A stretch of 24,000 bases of DNA from Myxococcota bacterium (GTDB taxonomy: Bacteria > Myxococcota_A > Polyangia > Polyangiales > Sandaracinaceae): positions 1 through 24,000 of the forward strand of contig JAYZQJ010000235.1 in NCBI GenBank assembly GCA_036149055.1, in the 5' to 3' direction. Positions within the stretch are counted from its first letter, which is position 1; every line of letters begins with the position of its first letter. A program made the position numbers and the translations under genes. Positions 9,020 through 21,742 of the stretch are shown piece after piece. The notes under the pieces were generated by a model. That model was not told the DNA's origin, made no database searches, and saw only the letters and a list, made by a program, of their open reading frames with translations.

Positions 9020-10762
9020 TCAGCCCGTGAGCTTCGCGAGGTCGGCGGCGAGCGCGTCGAGCAGGGCCTCGCCGCGCGCCTTCGCGGCGTCGACCGTCTC
9101 GCCGTCCTGCATGTCGACGCGCACGTCGAAGTAGTACTTGATCTTGGGCTCGGTGCCGCTCGGGCGGAGCATCACGCGGTGGCCGCCGGCGAGCTCGTAG
9201 GCGAGCACGTTGCCCTTCGGCAGCTCGATCGCGCTCGTCGCTCCGTCCTTGGTGACCCGCTCGGCGGTGAGGATGTCCATGCGGGCGAGCACCTCGTGGC
9301 CGCCGATCGAGGTGGGCGGGGCGCCGCGCACCTTCTCCATGATGCCGCCGATCTTCCGGGCGCCCTCGACCCCCGGGTGCACCTCGGAGATCTGGCGGCT
9401 GAGGTACATGCCGTAGCGGCGCCACGCGCTCTCGAGCTCGTCGAGCAGGGTGCGCTCCCGGCTCTTGCACCACGCGGCCATGTCGGCGAACACCACCGCG
9501 GTGCCGATGCCGTCCTTGTCGCGCACGAGCCGGCCGACGGTGTAGCCGAGCGCCTCCTCGTAGCCGAACACGAAGCGCGCCTCGCCCTTCTTGTTCAGCT
9601 CCATCGCCCGGTTGGCGATCCACTTGAAGCCGGTGAGGGTCTGCTCCCAGCGCGCGCCGTGCTGCTCCGCGATCGCGCCGAGCATCGGCGAGCTGACGAT
9701 GGTGTTGATCACGACGCGGCCGTCGCCGGCGGGCCCCTGATCGAGCAGGTAGTGGCCGAGCAGCGCGCCGACCTCGTTGCCGGTGAGCTGCACGTAGGCG
9801 CCGCTCCGATCGCGCACCGCGACCGCGAGCCGATCGGCGTCGGGATCGTTCGCCATCACCACGTCGGCGCTGCGCTTCTCCGCGAGGGCGAGCACGAGAT
9901 CCATCGCGCCGTCCTCCTCGGGGTTGGGGAACTCGACGGTCGGGAAGGCGCCGTCGGGCTCCGCCTGCTCCGGGACGGAGTGCACGTCGGTGAACCCGGC
10001 GTCGGCCAGCGCCGCGAGCGCGAGCGCGTTGCCCACGCCGTGCATCGCCGTGTAGGCGATCGAGACGTCGCGCGGCAGCCCCGGGTGGATCTGCAGCGCG
10101 CGCACCCCGTCGAGGTAGCGGCGCTCGAGCGACTCGCCGAGCAGCGCGTAGAGGCCCTCGTCCTCGGCCTCGCCGAGATCCTTCTGCGGGATCGACGCCA
10201 CCCCGCCCACCGCGGCGATGGCCTTCGCGATGCCGCCGTCGATCGGCGGGATGATCTGGGCGCCGTTCTCCCAGTAGACCTTGTAGCCGTTGTAGGCGGG
10301 CGGGTTGTGGCTCGCGGTGACCATGATGCCGGCGGCGGCGCGCCGGTCGAGGCAGCTGAAGGCGAGCACCGGGGTCGGCACGACGTGATCGAAGGCGTGC
10401 ACGCGGATGCCGAAGCCGGCGACCACCCGGGCGGCGTCGTCGGCGAAGACCCGGCTGTTCTTCCGGCCGTCGAAGCCGATGCAGACGCCGCGCTCCTTCG
10501 CGTCCGGCACCGTCTCGAGCAGGTGCGCGCAGAGCCCGGCGGTGGCCCGGAGCACCACCTTCCGGTTCATGCGGTTGGGCCCCGCGCCGAGGAGCCCGCG
10601 CAGGCCGGCGGTGCCGAACTGCAGGGCGCCCCGGAATCGGTCGGTCAGCCCGTCCGCGTCGGCGCTCGCGAGGAGCTGATCCAGCTCGCCCACGGTCTCC
10701 GCGTCCGGGTCGTCGGCCTTCCAGGCCTCGACGTTGCGCTTCAGCTCCTCGGTGATGCTCAT
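9020..10762 (-). CDS. Phospho-sugar mutase (phosphomannomutase/phosphoglucomutase)
   Basis: Motifs FGTAGLRG, catalytic TASHNP, metal loop DPDADR, sugar loop FGYEE and RPSGTEPK. Start is 10762 or 10780. Confidence 0.95.
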   Translation of the reverse strand: MSITEELKRNVEAWKADDPDAETVGELDQLLASADADGLTDRFRGALQFGTAGLRGLLGAGPNRMNRKVVLRATAGLCAHLLETVPDAKERGVCIGFDGRKNSRVFADDAARVVAGFGIRVHAFDHVVPTPVLAFSCLDRRAAAGIMVTASHNPPAYNGYKVYWENGAQIIPPIDGGIAKAIAAVGGVASIPQKDLGEAEDEGLYALLGESLERRYLDGVRALQIHPGLPRDVSIAYTAMHGVGNALALAALADAGFTDVHSVPEQAEPDGAFPTVEFPNPEEDGAMDLVLALAEKRSADVVMANDPDADRLAVAVRDRSGAYVQLTGNEVGALLGHYLLDQGPAGDGRVVINTIVSSPMLGAIAEQHGARWEQTLTGFKWIANRAMELNKKGEARFVFGYEEALGYTVGRLVRDKDGIGTAVVFADMAAWCKSRERTLLDELESAWRRYGMYLSRQISEVHPGVEGARKIGGIMEKVRGAPPTSIGGHEVLARMDILTAERVTKDGATSAIELPKGNVLAYELAGGHRVMLRPSGTEPKIKYYFDVRVDMQDGETVDAAKARGEALLDALAADLAKLTG

Positions 10763-10814
10763 CTCGCCGGATTCTTTCATGCCCCGGCCGCCCGGGGAAA
10801 GAGGGAGGTCCCCC

Positions 10815-11155
10815 TCAGCGAACGACGATCGCGCCGTCGTACATGTCCATGCCGCAGGTGAACCGCAGCTCGCCCGCCTCGGCGGGGGTGATCGTCACCT
10901 CCACCGGCTCGTTCAGCGGGAGGCGGCGGCGGATGTCGTGGGCGGGGATCGCCAGCTCCTGACCGCAGCCCTCGTCGGTCGTGCGGGTGAAGACCAGGGT
11001 CAGCGGCTGGCCGGCGGTGGCCTGCACCTGGGCCGGGTCGTAGCCGCTCGCGTTCACCTCGATCTCCACGCGCGAGTCGTCCCCGCTCGCCGCCTCCTCT
11101 CCGCCGCAGGCAACGAGGGGGAGGGCGAGGAGCGCGAGGATCCACAGGAGGTTCT

Positions 11156-11159
<4 letters not shown>
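10815..11159 (-). CDS. Cupredoxin-domain lipoprotein (CupA-like)
   Basis: This is the real 114-aa end of the 727-aa shadow ORF. Lipobox LVAC, then EGC..FTCGMDM copper motif. ATGA overlap with the cusA stop. Confidence 0.9.
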
Positions 11160-14967
<3,808 letters not shown>

Positions 14968-14971
<4 letters not shown>

Positions 14972-16746
14972 CGCGCGCCCTCCGCCGACAGGAAGCCGCC
15001 CGGCGGCACCGTCTCGCGCACCGATCCGCAGGTGAGCATCGAGGCGCCGAAGTAGGCGTTGTCCACCGCCTCTCCGGCCTGCACCCACGCCGCGCCGCGG
15101 TCGTCGAAGGCCATCGGGCAGTGGGTCAGCCGGAGCGGCGCGTCGAGCGGGTTGCCGAAGGCGCGGAGCACGTCGGCGATCGCGGCGCTCAGCGGCTCGA
15201 AGGCGCCGCGGGCCGCCTCGAGCGACGCCGCGGACCCGATCCGCGCGGCCTCGGCCCGGATCCGCCCCGAGAGCTCGGCCCAGCGCGCCGCGGCGGCCTC
15301 GGGCGCGTCGGGGGTGAAGGCGGCGGTCGCGTCGTCGGCGGCGCCGGCCGAGCGCCGCGCGGCCTCCAGGTCGTCGTCCGCGAGCGCCCGCTGCACGTCG
15401 AGGTAGCGCTCGACGACGGGCCCGAGCCCGGCGCGGAACGCCGCAGGCAACTCGGCGTGCACGTCCGCGAAGGGATCGGCCTCGGACGCGGTCATGAGGC
15501 TGTCGCCGCCGCGGATTTGCAGATCGGCGTCGAGCGCGAACGCGCCCTCGGTGACCACGCGCTCACCCTCGGCGAGGCCGGCGACGACCGGGTAGTGATC
15601 GCCCGCGCGCGGCCCGAGGCGGACGGGGCGCGCGACGTAGGTGGGCGCGGGCCCGCCCTCGACCTCGACGTAGACGAGGGCGCGCCGTCCGGTGAAGAGC
15701 GGCGCGCTCGCCGGGACCACGAGGGGCTGGGTCGCGCCCGCCTCGGCGCTCGCGTCGAGGGTGGCCTCGACGAACATGCCCGGGCGGAGGCGGCCGTCCG
15801 GGTTGGCGACCTCGACCCGCACCCGGGCGGTCCGGGTGCGCGGATCGACGACCGGGTCGAGGAAGGCGACGCGTCCGTCCAGGGGCTCGCCGGAGAGGCC
15901 CTGCACCTCGAGGCGCACGCTCTGGCCGACCTCGAGGCGCGCGAGGTCCTGTTCGTACGCGTCGAGCTGCACCCACAGGCGATCGAGGTCGGCCAACCGG
16001 TAGAGCGGGGTGCCGGTCTGCACGTAGGCGCCCTCGGTCGTGAGCCGCTCGATGACGGTGCCGCCGAAGGGGCTGCGGATCGTGATCCGCCGGGCGGGCG
16101 ACTCGGCGGCCTCGAGACGCGTCAGCTCCGCGTCGGGCACACCGAGGAGCCGGAGGCGCTGCCGCGCCGCCTCGAGGGTCGCGCGCGCGCCGGACCGGGC
16201 CAGCTCGCTCGCGCCCTCCAGCCGCTCGAGCTGTCGTCGCGCGGTGATGAGGTCCTGCTGCGCCGCGTAGATCTCGGGGCTGTAGAGGGTCGCCACCGCC
16301 TGGCCGCGGCGGATCCGCTGCCCCGTGACCCGGACGTGGAGGCGCTCGATGCGCCCGCCGACCCAGGCGGTGACGGTGTCGAGGGTGGTCTCGTCGAGCG
16401 CCACCCGACCGAGCAGCCGGAGCGCGCCGCCGCCGCCGAGCCGTCGGACCGGCGTGGTGCGCACGCGCGCGAGGGCGGCCGCGCGGGGGCTGAGGGTGAC
16501 CTCGCCCGGCCCGGGCGCGTCGCCCGCGCGGAGCGGGATGAGGTCCATGCCGCAGATCGGGCAGAGGCCGGGCTCCGGCTGGCGCACCTGGGGATGCATC
16601 GCGCAGGTCCAGGTGGTCTCGGTCTCGTCGTGGGTGTGCTCGGCGTTGCCGTCGGGCGCGGTGCAGCGACCGACGGCGAAGGCGGCGAGCGCGGCGAGTC
16701 CCAGCGCTGCCAGCCAAGGAGCGGACCGCTTCAGCGCGGGCTTCAT
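14968..16746 (-). CDS. cusB: CusB-type periplasmic adaptor with N-terminal heavy-metal-binding domain and C-terminal DUF3347-like domain
   Basis: WTCAMHP..CPICGMDL, YSPEI..AQ, LRPGMFV, and C-terminal HCPMAFD..W..NAYFGASMLTCG. ATGA overlap with the cusC stop. Confidence 0.92.
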
Positions 16747-18074
16747 CGGCTCCTCCCGAGCTCGCTGCGTGGCGCGCCGACGAGGGCCTCGAGCCGGGCC
16801 CAGGCGGCGCCGTGGGCCGCGCGGGCGCGGGCCGCCTCGACGCTGATCTCGAGCAGCTCGCGCTGAGCGAGCAGGACCGCGGCGACCGGGGCGCGGCCGG
16901 TGACCTGGGCGCCGATCACCGACTCGTAGGCGCCGCGCGCCTGGGGGATCAGGGTGCGCTCGTAGAGGCGCAGGCGGCGGTGGGTGTCGCGGATGCGGCT
17001 CGTCGCCTCGGCCAGGGCGGCCCGGGCCGACAGCAGCGCGGCCTCGGCGTCGGCGCGCTCGGCCACGCCCTCCGCCTCCGCCGCGCGCTGGCGGTCCTCG
17101 TAGGCGCCCTGCCAGAGCGGGATCGAGACGCCGACGTCGAAGACGAGCGCGTCGTCCCCGCTCCCCGGCACCGGGCTCGCGGCCTCGCCGGTCTCGATCC
17201 AGTCGACGCCGACCACGAACCGCGGGAGGCGCTCGGCCTCGAAGGCGCGGGCTCGGGCGTCGTGCGCCTCGGCGCGGGCCGCGAACGCGAGCAGCTCCGG
17301 GTGGGCGGTGAGCCGCGCCTCGAGCGCGGAGGCGTCGGGGGGGAGCGCGGGGTCGGCCGCCTCGCGCGTGGTCGGGAGCGGCTCGTCGGGCCCGGCCGCG
17401 ATCGAGGCGCGCAGCGCCGCCTCGGCCGCGCGCTCCTCCTCGTCGAGCCCGGCGAGCGCGTCGTCGAGCCGGGCCCGGCGCAGCTCCAGCTGGGCCGCGT
17501 CGGCGAGCGTCGCCTGCCCCACCTCGATGCGAGCCCGGACCGACTCGGCCGCCGCCTCCAGGAGCGAGACCTGCTCGCGCTGCGCGTCGCGGACCGCGCG
17601 CAGGGCCCAGAGCCGCCACCACGCGTCGGCCACCTCGGCGCGGAGCCGGAGCGCGCGCGCCTCGAACGCGCGCTGGGCGGCGCGCGCCGCGTGGGACTGC
17701 GCGTCCGCCGCCGCGGTCAGCCGGGTGGGCCAGGGGAAGGACTGGCGCACCATGACGCGGTGCCGCTGCGGCCCGACGCGGGTCTGGACCGGGAGCGCGT
17801 AGAAGCCGTAGCTCACCGTCGGGTCCGGCAGCGCGCGCGCCGCGCCGATGCGCAGCGTCTCCGCGCGCCAGCGCTGGTAGCCGGCGCGGAGCGAGGGGCT
17901 CCGGGCGAGCGCGCGCGCGACGTAGCCGTCGAGGCTGCCGTCGAGCGGCGCCTCCTCTTCGGCGGGACGCAGGCGGGCGCGGGCTTCACCGAGGTCGCGG
18001 TGGAGCGCGTCTTCGTGGACCGCGCCGCAGCCCACGAGGGCCAGCGCGATCATCCAGGGGATCGATCGAGGCAA
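16743..18074 (-). CDS. TolC-family outer-membrane factor (CusC-like lipoprotein)
   Basis: OMF motifs ALPDP, QSFPWP, SIPLW and LIPQA. TTG at 18074 has GGAG 7 nt upstream and gives MPRSIPWMIALALVGC (lipobox). Alternative starts are 18125 and 18053. Confidence 0.88.
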   Translation of the reverse strand: MPRSIPWMIALALVGCGAVHEDALHRDLGEARARLRPAEEEAPLDGSLDGYVARALARSPSLRAGYQRWRAETLRIGAARALPDPTVSYGFYALPVQTRVGPQRHRVMVRQSFPWPTRLTAAADAQSHAARAAQRAFEARALRLRAEVADAWWRLWALRAVRDAQREQVSLLEAAAESVRARIEVGQATLADAAQLELRRARLDDALAGLDEEERAAEAALRASIAAGPDEPLPTTREAADPALPPDASALEARLTAHPELLAFAARAEAHDARARAFEAERLPRFVVGVDWIETGEAASPVPGSGDDALVFDVGVSIPLWQGAYEDRQRAAEAEGVAERADAEAALLSARAALAEATSRIRDTHRRLRLYERTLIPQARGAYESVIGAQVTGRAPVAAVLLAQRELLEISVEAARARAAHGAAWARLEALVGAPRSELGRSR

Positions 18075-18078
18075 GGTT

Positions 18079-18180
18079 CTTCTCCGAGACGGAATGCGGC
18101 TCGGCGCCTCCGGACGGAGGCGCACGGATCGAGCCCTCGCGCGCAGGTCGCGCGGGGCTCGCCGCGTCTCAGATCAGAAG
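18079..18180 (-). promoter_or_regulatory. Predicted multi-branch mRNA structure sequestering the cusC Shine-Dalgarno
   Basis: Outer stem pairs 18165-18180 with 18079-18091. Inner hairpins at 18130-18161 (13 bp, one bulge) and 18104-18123 (8 bp, perfect). Confidence 0.65.
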
Positions 18181-18546
18181 GACGGTCGCTCGGAGCGCGC
18201 GGTCCGGTGGTCGCTCCGGCACGCTCTGGAGGGGCGTGCGAACGACCCGCGCCGGCGCCGGCGGGACCGACACCGCGGCCGCGATCCGGACCGACGGAGC
18301 AGGCGCCACCGAGAGGGCGGTGCTCGAGGCGTGAGGATCGCGCTCGTCGACCCAGCCGTAGTCGCAGCAGTCGCCGCCCGGCTGGGTGAAGCGCGTCTCG
18401 CTCGAGAGGTGGCAGCAGGCCCGCTCGCGATGCTCGAGCGTCCAGACGTCCGCGCACGCCTCCGGGTGCCCGATGGCCGCGAACACGACCGCCTGCACGC
18501 CGAGGAGCGTGAAGAACATCAGTCGTCGTGCCCGGGCCGGCGGCAT
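18169..18546 (-). CDS. Cys-pair/RPP leader protein upstream of the metal efflux operon (DUF2946/CruR/CutF-like layout)
   Basis: Signal-like N-terminus, ACCH and DCCD motifs, Pro/Ala linker, and C-terminal ERPPDRALRATVLLI. First gene of the operon. Confidence 0.75.
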   Translation of the reverse strand: MPPARARRLMFFTLLGVQAVVFAAIGHPEACADVWTLEHRERACCHLSSETRFTQPGGDCCDYGWVDERDPHASSTALSVAPAPSVRIAAAVSVPPAPARVVRTPLQSVPERPPDRALRATVLLI

Positions 18547-18553
18547 CGCTCGG

Positions 18554-18582
18554 ATCCTATGGACGCGTCACCGCCGCCGCAA
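18554..18582 (-). promoter_or_regulatory. Putative sigma70-type promoter of the leader-cus operon
   Basis: TTGCGG-N17-TAGGAT, ending 7 nt before ATG 18546. Confidence 0.6.
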
Positions 18583-18588
18583 GTCGGG

Positions 18589-18987
18589 TCATTCGGGGAG
18601 CCCGGCTTCGAGCCAGGCGACGAGGCGCTCGCGGGAGGCGTCGTCGGGGTAGGGGCCCGGGCCGACCGGGAACTGTCCGGCGGCCGGGGAGCCGCCGCAG
18701 CCGTCGGCGGTCGTCGGGCTGACGCCGCAGCGGATGCGGTCCATGTCGCGGCGCACGTGGGTGAGGGTGGTGTAGTCGCGGGACGCGCCGTCGTGGCACT
18801 CGTTGCAGTAGGTCGCGAACCAGTCGGCGGCGAACGTCTCCCAGGTGTCGGGAGGCGGACCGGCGTCCTCCATCGAGCCCGAGTCGGCGCTCCCCGCGTC
18901 GGTCGAGGGCGCGCCCGCGTCGGGGGCGGGTGCCTCACCGTCGCAGGCCGAGGCGAGGAGGAGGGCGATCGCGAAGAGGCGGCTCAT
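18589..18987 (-). CDS. Monohaem c-type cytochrome lipoprotein
   Basis: ATG 18987, lipobox ASAC, DAG-rich linker, CNECH haem motif, C-terminal LVAWLEAGLPE. Confidence 0.8.
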   Translation of the reverse strand: MSRLFAIALLLASACDGEAPAPDAGAPSTDAGSADSGSMEDAGPPPDTWETFAADWFATYCNECHDGASRDYTTLTHVRRDMDRIRCGVSPTTADGCGGSPAAGQFPVGPGPYPDDASRERLVAWLEAGLPE

Positions 18988-19062
18988 GCGCGCCGTCTTA
19001 TCACGCGTCGGGCGACGGATCGCGCGCGCACCCATGCCGGTGGTGGGTCCGCGATCGCCCCC

Positions 19063-19078
19063 ACACCACATCTTGGGG
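19063..19078. promoter_or_regulatory. NrdR-box-like site
   Basis: ACACCACATCTTGGGG resembles the NrdR consensus acaCwAtATaTwGtgt. It lies in a divergent intergenic region. No convincing second box was found. Confidence 0.45.
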
Positions 19079-19161
19079 TGTCGGAAGCGCCTCCGGAATC
19101 ATGCGAGATCCATTGCGTTTTCTGGATCGACGAAGCGGATCCGGTGTGATCTAAAGCGCTG

Positions 19162-21609
19162 GTGCATCAGCCCTCGGACAGCAGCACCGACCGGGATCTG
19201 ACCTGGGACGAGATCGACGCGCTGATCGGCGGCGAGGACGACTCGCTCGGCGATACCGGCACCCATTCGGTGATCCGCGGTGAGGACGAGCGCCTCGAGA
19301 CCCTCACCCCGACCCCGCGCGCCATCCTCCGCACCGAGCAGGTGACGGTGGATCGGAGCGGCGGCTACGGCGCGATGATGGAGACCTTCGCCTGCCCGGT
19401 GGTCGAGCTCTTCTTCGACTACGGCGGCCAGCGCATCAACGCCTCCGACCCCCGCGACCGCTTCTTCAAGGCGGCGGCGGGCGGCATGAAGGTCGTGCGC
19501 CGCGACTTCGCGACCGAGACCCGGGCGCGCTGCCTGCTCGAGAGCTTCGGCGCGGTCGACCTCGAGTGCATGACGGAGTGGGCGGTCCCGCCGGGCAGCC
19601 GCGCGCACTACCTGCTCAAGTGCGACGGCGACGTGCACGACTACTGCGGGTTCACCGCCTGGGTCGTGCCGCAGCTCCGCAAGGTCGGCTGGGCGGTCGA
19701 GCTCGAGAGCGGCTACCCCTACCAGGTCGTCGGCGCCGACGCGCCCGACTGGTACGCCCGGGTCGAGCCCGACGAGCAGCGCCCCGACTGGTTCGGGCTC
19801 GAGCTCGGCGTCGAGCTGTCGGGCCGGCGGGTGAACCTGCTCCCGGCGCTGGTCGACCTCCTCGGCACCACCGCGGACGGCTCCACCCTCGCGAGCCTCG
19901 CCTCGCGCAAGAAGGCGATCGCGGTGCCGCTCCCCGACGGGCGCTACCTGACCGTGCCGCCCGAGCAGATCCAGGCGCTCCTGCGCGTGATCAGCGAGCT
20001 CTACGAGGGCGATGACGTCGACCCCGAGGTGCTCTCGTTCAGCAAGCTGCAGGCGGCCGCGCTCCCGCGCCTCGACGAGATCTTCCTCGACCCGGCGGAC
20101 GGCGTCAGCGACCTCCGCTGGGAGGGCGCGTCCTCGCACACGATGCGCGAGGTCGGCGAGATCCTCTCCACGCCGGTCTCGAAGATCGAGGCGCCGACCG
20201 GCCTGCGCGCCACCCTGCGCAGCTACCAGCAGACCGGCGTCGAGTGGCTCCAGCACCTCCGCACCTGCGAGGTCGGCGGCGTGCTCGCCGACGACATGGG
20301 CCTCGGCAAGACGCTCCAGACCATCGCCCACCTCGCGATCGAGAAGGAGAGCGGCCGGCTCGAGAAGCCCGCGCTCGTGGTCGCGCCGACCAGCCTCTGC
20401 CGCAACTGGGAGCGGGAGATCGCGAAGTTCGCGCCCTCCCTCTCGACGGTGGTCCTGCAGGGGAGCAAGCGCCACGCGCTCTTCGACGAGATCGAGAAGA
20501 CCGACGTCGTCATCACGAGCTACCCGATCCTGGTGCGCGACGAGGAGCGCTTCGCCGAGCACGAGTGGCACCTCCTCATCCTCGACGAGGCGCACACCAT
20601 CAAGAACACGCGCAGCCAGGCGCACCAGGCGGCCAAGCGGCAGGAGGCGACGCACCGCCTCTGCATCACCGGCACCCCGGTCGAGAACCACCTGGGCGAG
20701 CTCTGGGCGCTCTTCGACTTCCTGAACCCGGGCCTGCTCGGCGACGAGCTGAGCTTCCGGCGCTGGTACCGCATCCCGATCGAGCAGCTCGGCGACGAGG
20801 AGCGGCTCGCGACGCTGCGGCAGATGGTGAGCCCGTACATGATGCGGCGCCTCAAGCAGGAGGTCGCCACCGAGCTGCCGCCGAAGACGGAGCTGCTGCG
20901 CCCGGTCACGCTCGGCGGCAAGCAGCGAGAGCTCTACGAGAGCATCCGGGTCGCCGCCCACGGGGACATCCGCAAGCTCATCCAGAAGAAGGGCCTCGCC
21001 GCCTCGACGGTCCCGATCCTCGACGCGCTGACCAAGCTGCGCCAGGTCTGCTGCGATCCGCGCCTCGTGCCGATGCGGGCCGCGCGCGAGGTGAAGCGCT
21101 CGGCGAAGTACGAGCTGCTGATGGAGCTGGTCGAGAGCCAGCTCGGCCGCGGCCACCGCATCCTGATCTTCAGCCAGTTCACCCGGATGCTCGCGCTGAT
21201 CGCGCGGGGCCTCGACGAGCGCAAGATCGGCTACCTCTCGCTGACCGGCCAGAGCAAGGACCGCCAGGGGCTCGTCGACGCCTTCGAGGGGGGCCAGGCG
21301 GACGTCTTCCTGATCAGCCTCAAGGCGGGCGGCGTGGGCCTGACGCTCACCAGCGCCGACACCGTGATCCACTACGACCCGTGGTGGAACCCGGCGGCCC
21401 AGGACCAGGCCACCGACCGCGCCTACCGCATCGGGCAGAAGAAGCCGGTGCACGCCTACAACCTCTTCGTCCAGGGCAGCGTCGAGGAGCGCATGCTCGC
21501 GCTCCAGGAGCGGAAGCGCCGCCTGGCGCAGGGGATCCTCAGCGGCGCCGGCGGGGGGCTGGCCCTGAGCGAGGACGACCTGGAGGAGCTCTTTGCCCCG
21601 CTGGGGTGA
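19162..21609 (+). CDS. SNF2-family (SF2) helicase/ATPase
   Basis: Motifs LADDMGLGKT, LDEAH, TGTPVEN, FSQF, SLKAGGVGL, DPWWNPA and QATDRAYRIGQ. Exact start is uncertain. Confidence 0.95.
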   Translation: MHQPSDSSTDRDLTWDEIDALIGGEDDSLGDTGTHSVIRGEDERLETLTPTPRAILRTEQVTVDRSGGYGAMMETFACPVVELFFDYGGQRINASDPRDRFFKAAAGGMKVVRRDFATETRARCLLESFGAVDLECMTEWAVPPGSRAHYLLKCDGDVHDYCGFTAWVVPQLRKVGWAVELESGYPYQVVGADAPDWYARVEPDEQRPDWFGLELGVELSGRRVNLLPALVDLLGTTADGSTLASLASRKKAIAVPLPDGRYLTVPPEQIQALLRVISELYEGDDVDPEVLSFSKLQAAALPRLDEIFLDPADGVSDLRWEGASSHTMREVGEILSTPVSKIEAPTGLRATLRSYQQTGVEWLQHLRTCEVGGVLADDMGLGKTLQTIAHLAIEKESGRLEKPALVVAPTSLCRNWEREIAKFAPSLSTVVLQGSKRHALFDEIEKTDVVITSYPILVRDEERFAEHEWHLLILDEAHTIKNTRSQAHQAAKRQEATHRLCITGTPVENHLGELWALFDFLNPGLLGDELSFRRWYRIPIEQLGDEERLATLRQMVSPYMMRRLKQEVATELPPKTELLRPVTLGGKQRELYESIRVAAHGDIRKLIQKKGLAASTVPILDALTKLRQVCCDPRLVPMRAAREVKRSAKYELLMELVESQLGRGHRILIFSQFTRMLALIARGLDERKIGYLSLTGQSKDRQGLVDAFEGGQADVFLISLKAGGVGLTLTSADTVIHYDPWWNPAAQDQATDRAYRIGQKKPVHAYNLFVQGSVEERMLALQERKRRLAQGILSGAGGGLALSEDDLEELFAPLG

Positions 21610-21632
21610 CGAGCCGACGGATCTCGCCGCGC

Positions 21633-21654
21633 GTCGTAGGCTCGCCCCTACGAC
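21633..21654. other. Intergenic hairpin
   Basis: gtcgtagg-ctcgcc-cctacgac, a perfect 8-bp stem just after the helicase stop. No U-tract. Confidence 0.4.
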
Positions 21655-21742
21655 CCTCGTTCCGCGTGCCCCCATCGGGCCCCGGCGTCGGGTCGGCCCG
21701 CATCTTGCGGCTGGTCACGGCGGTGCGGGCGGAGAACGTCTG

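Noticed and set aside
10782..10800. Intrinsic terminator for the cus operon
   Set aside because: A hairpin exists, but on the - strand the T-run precedes it rather than follows it.
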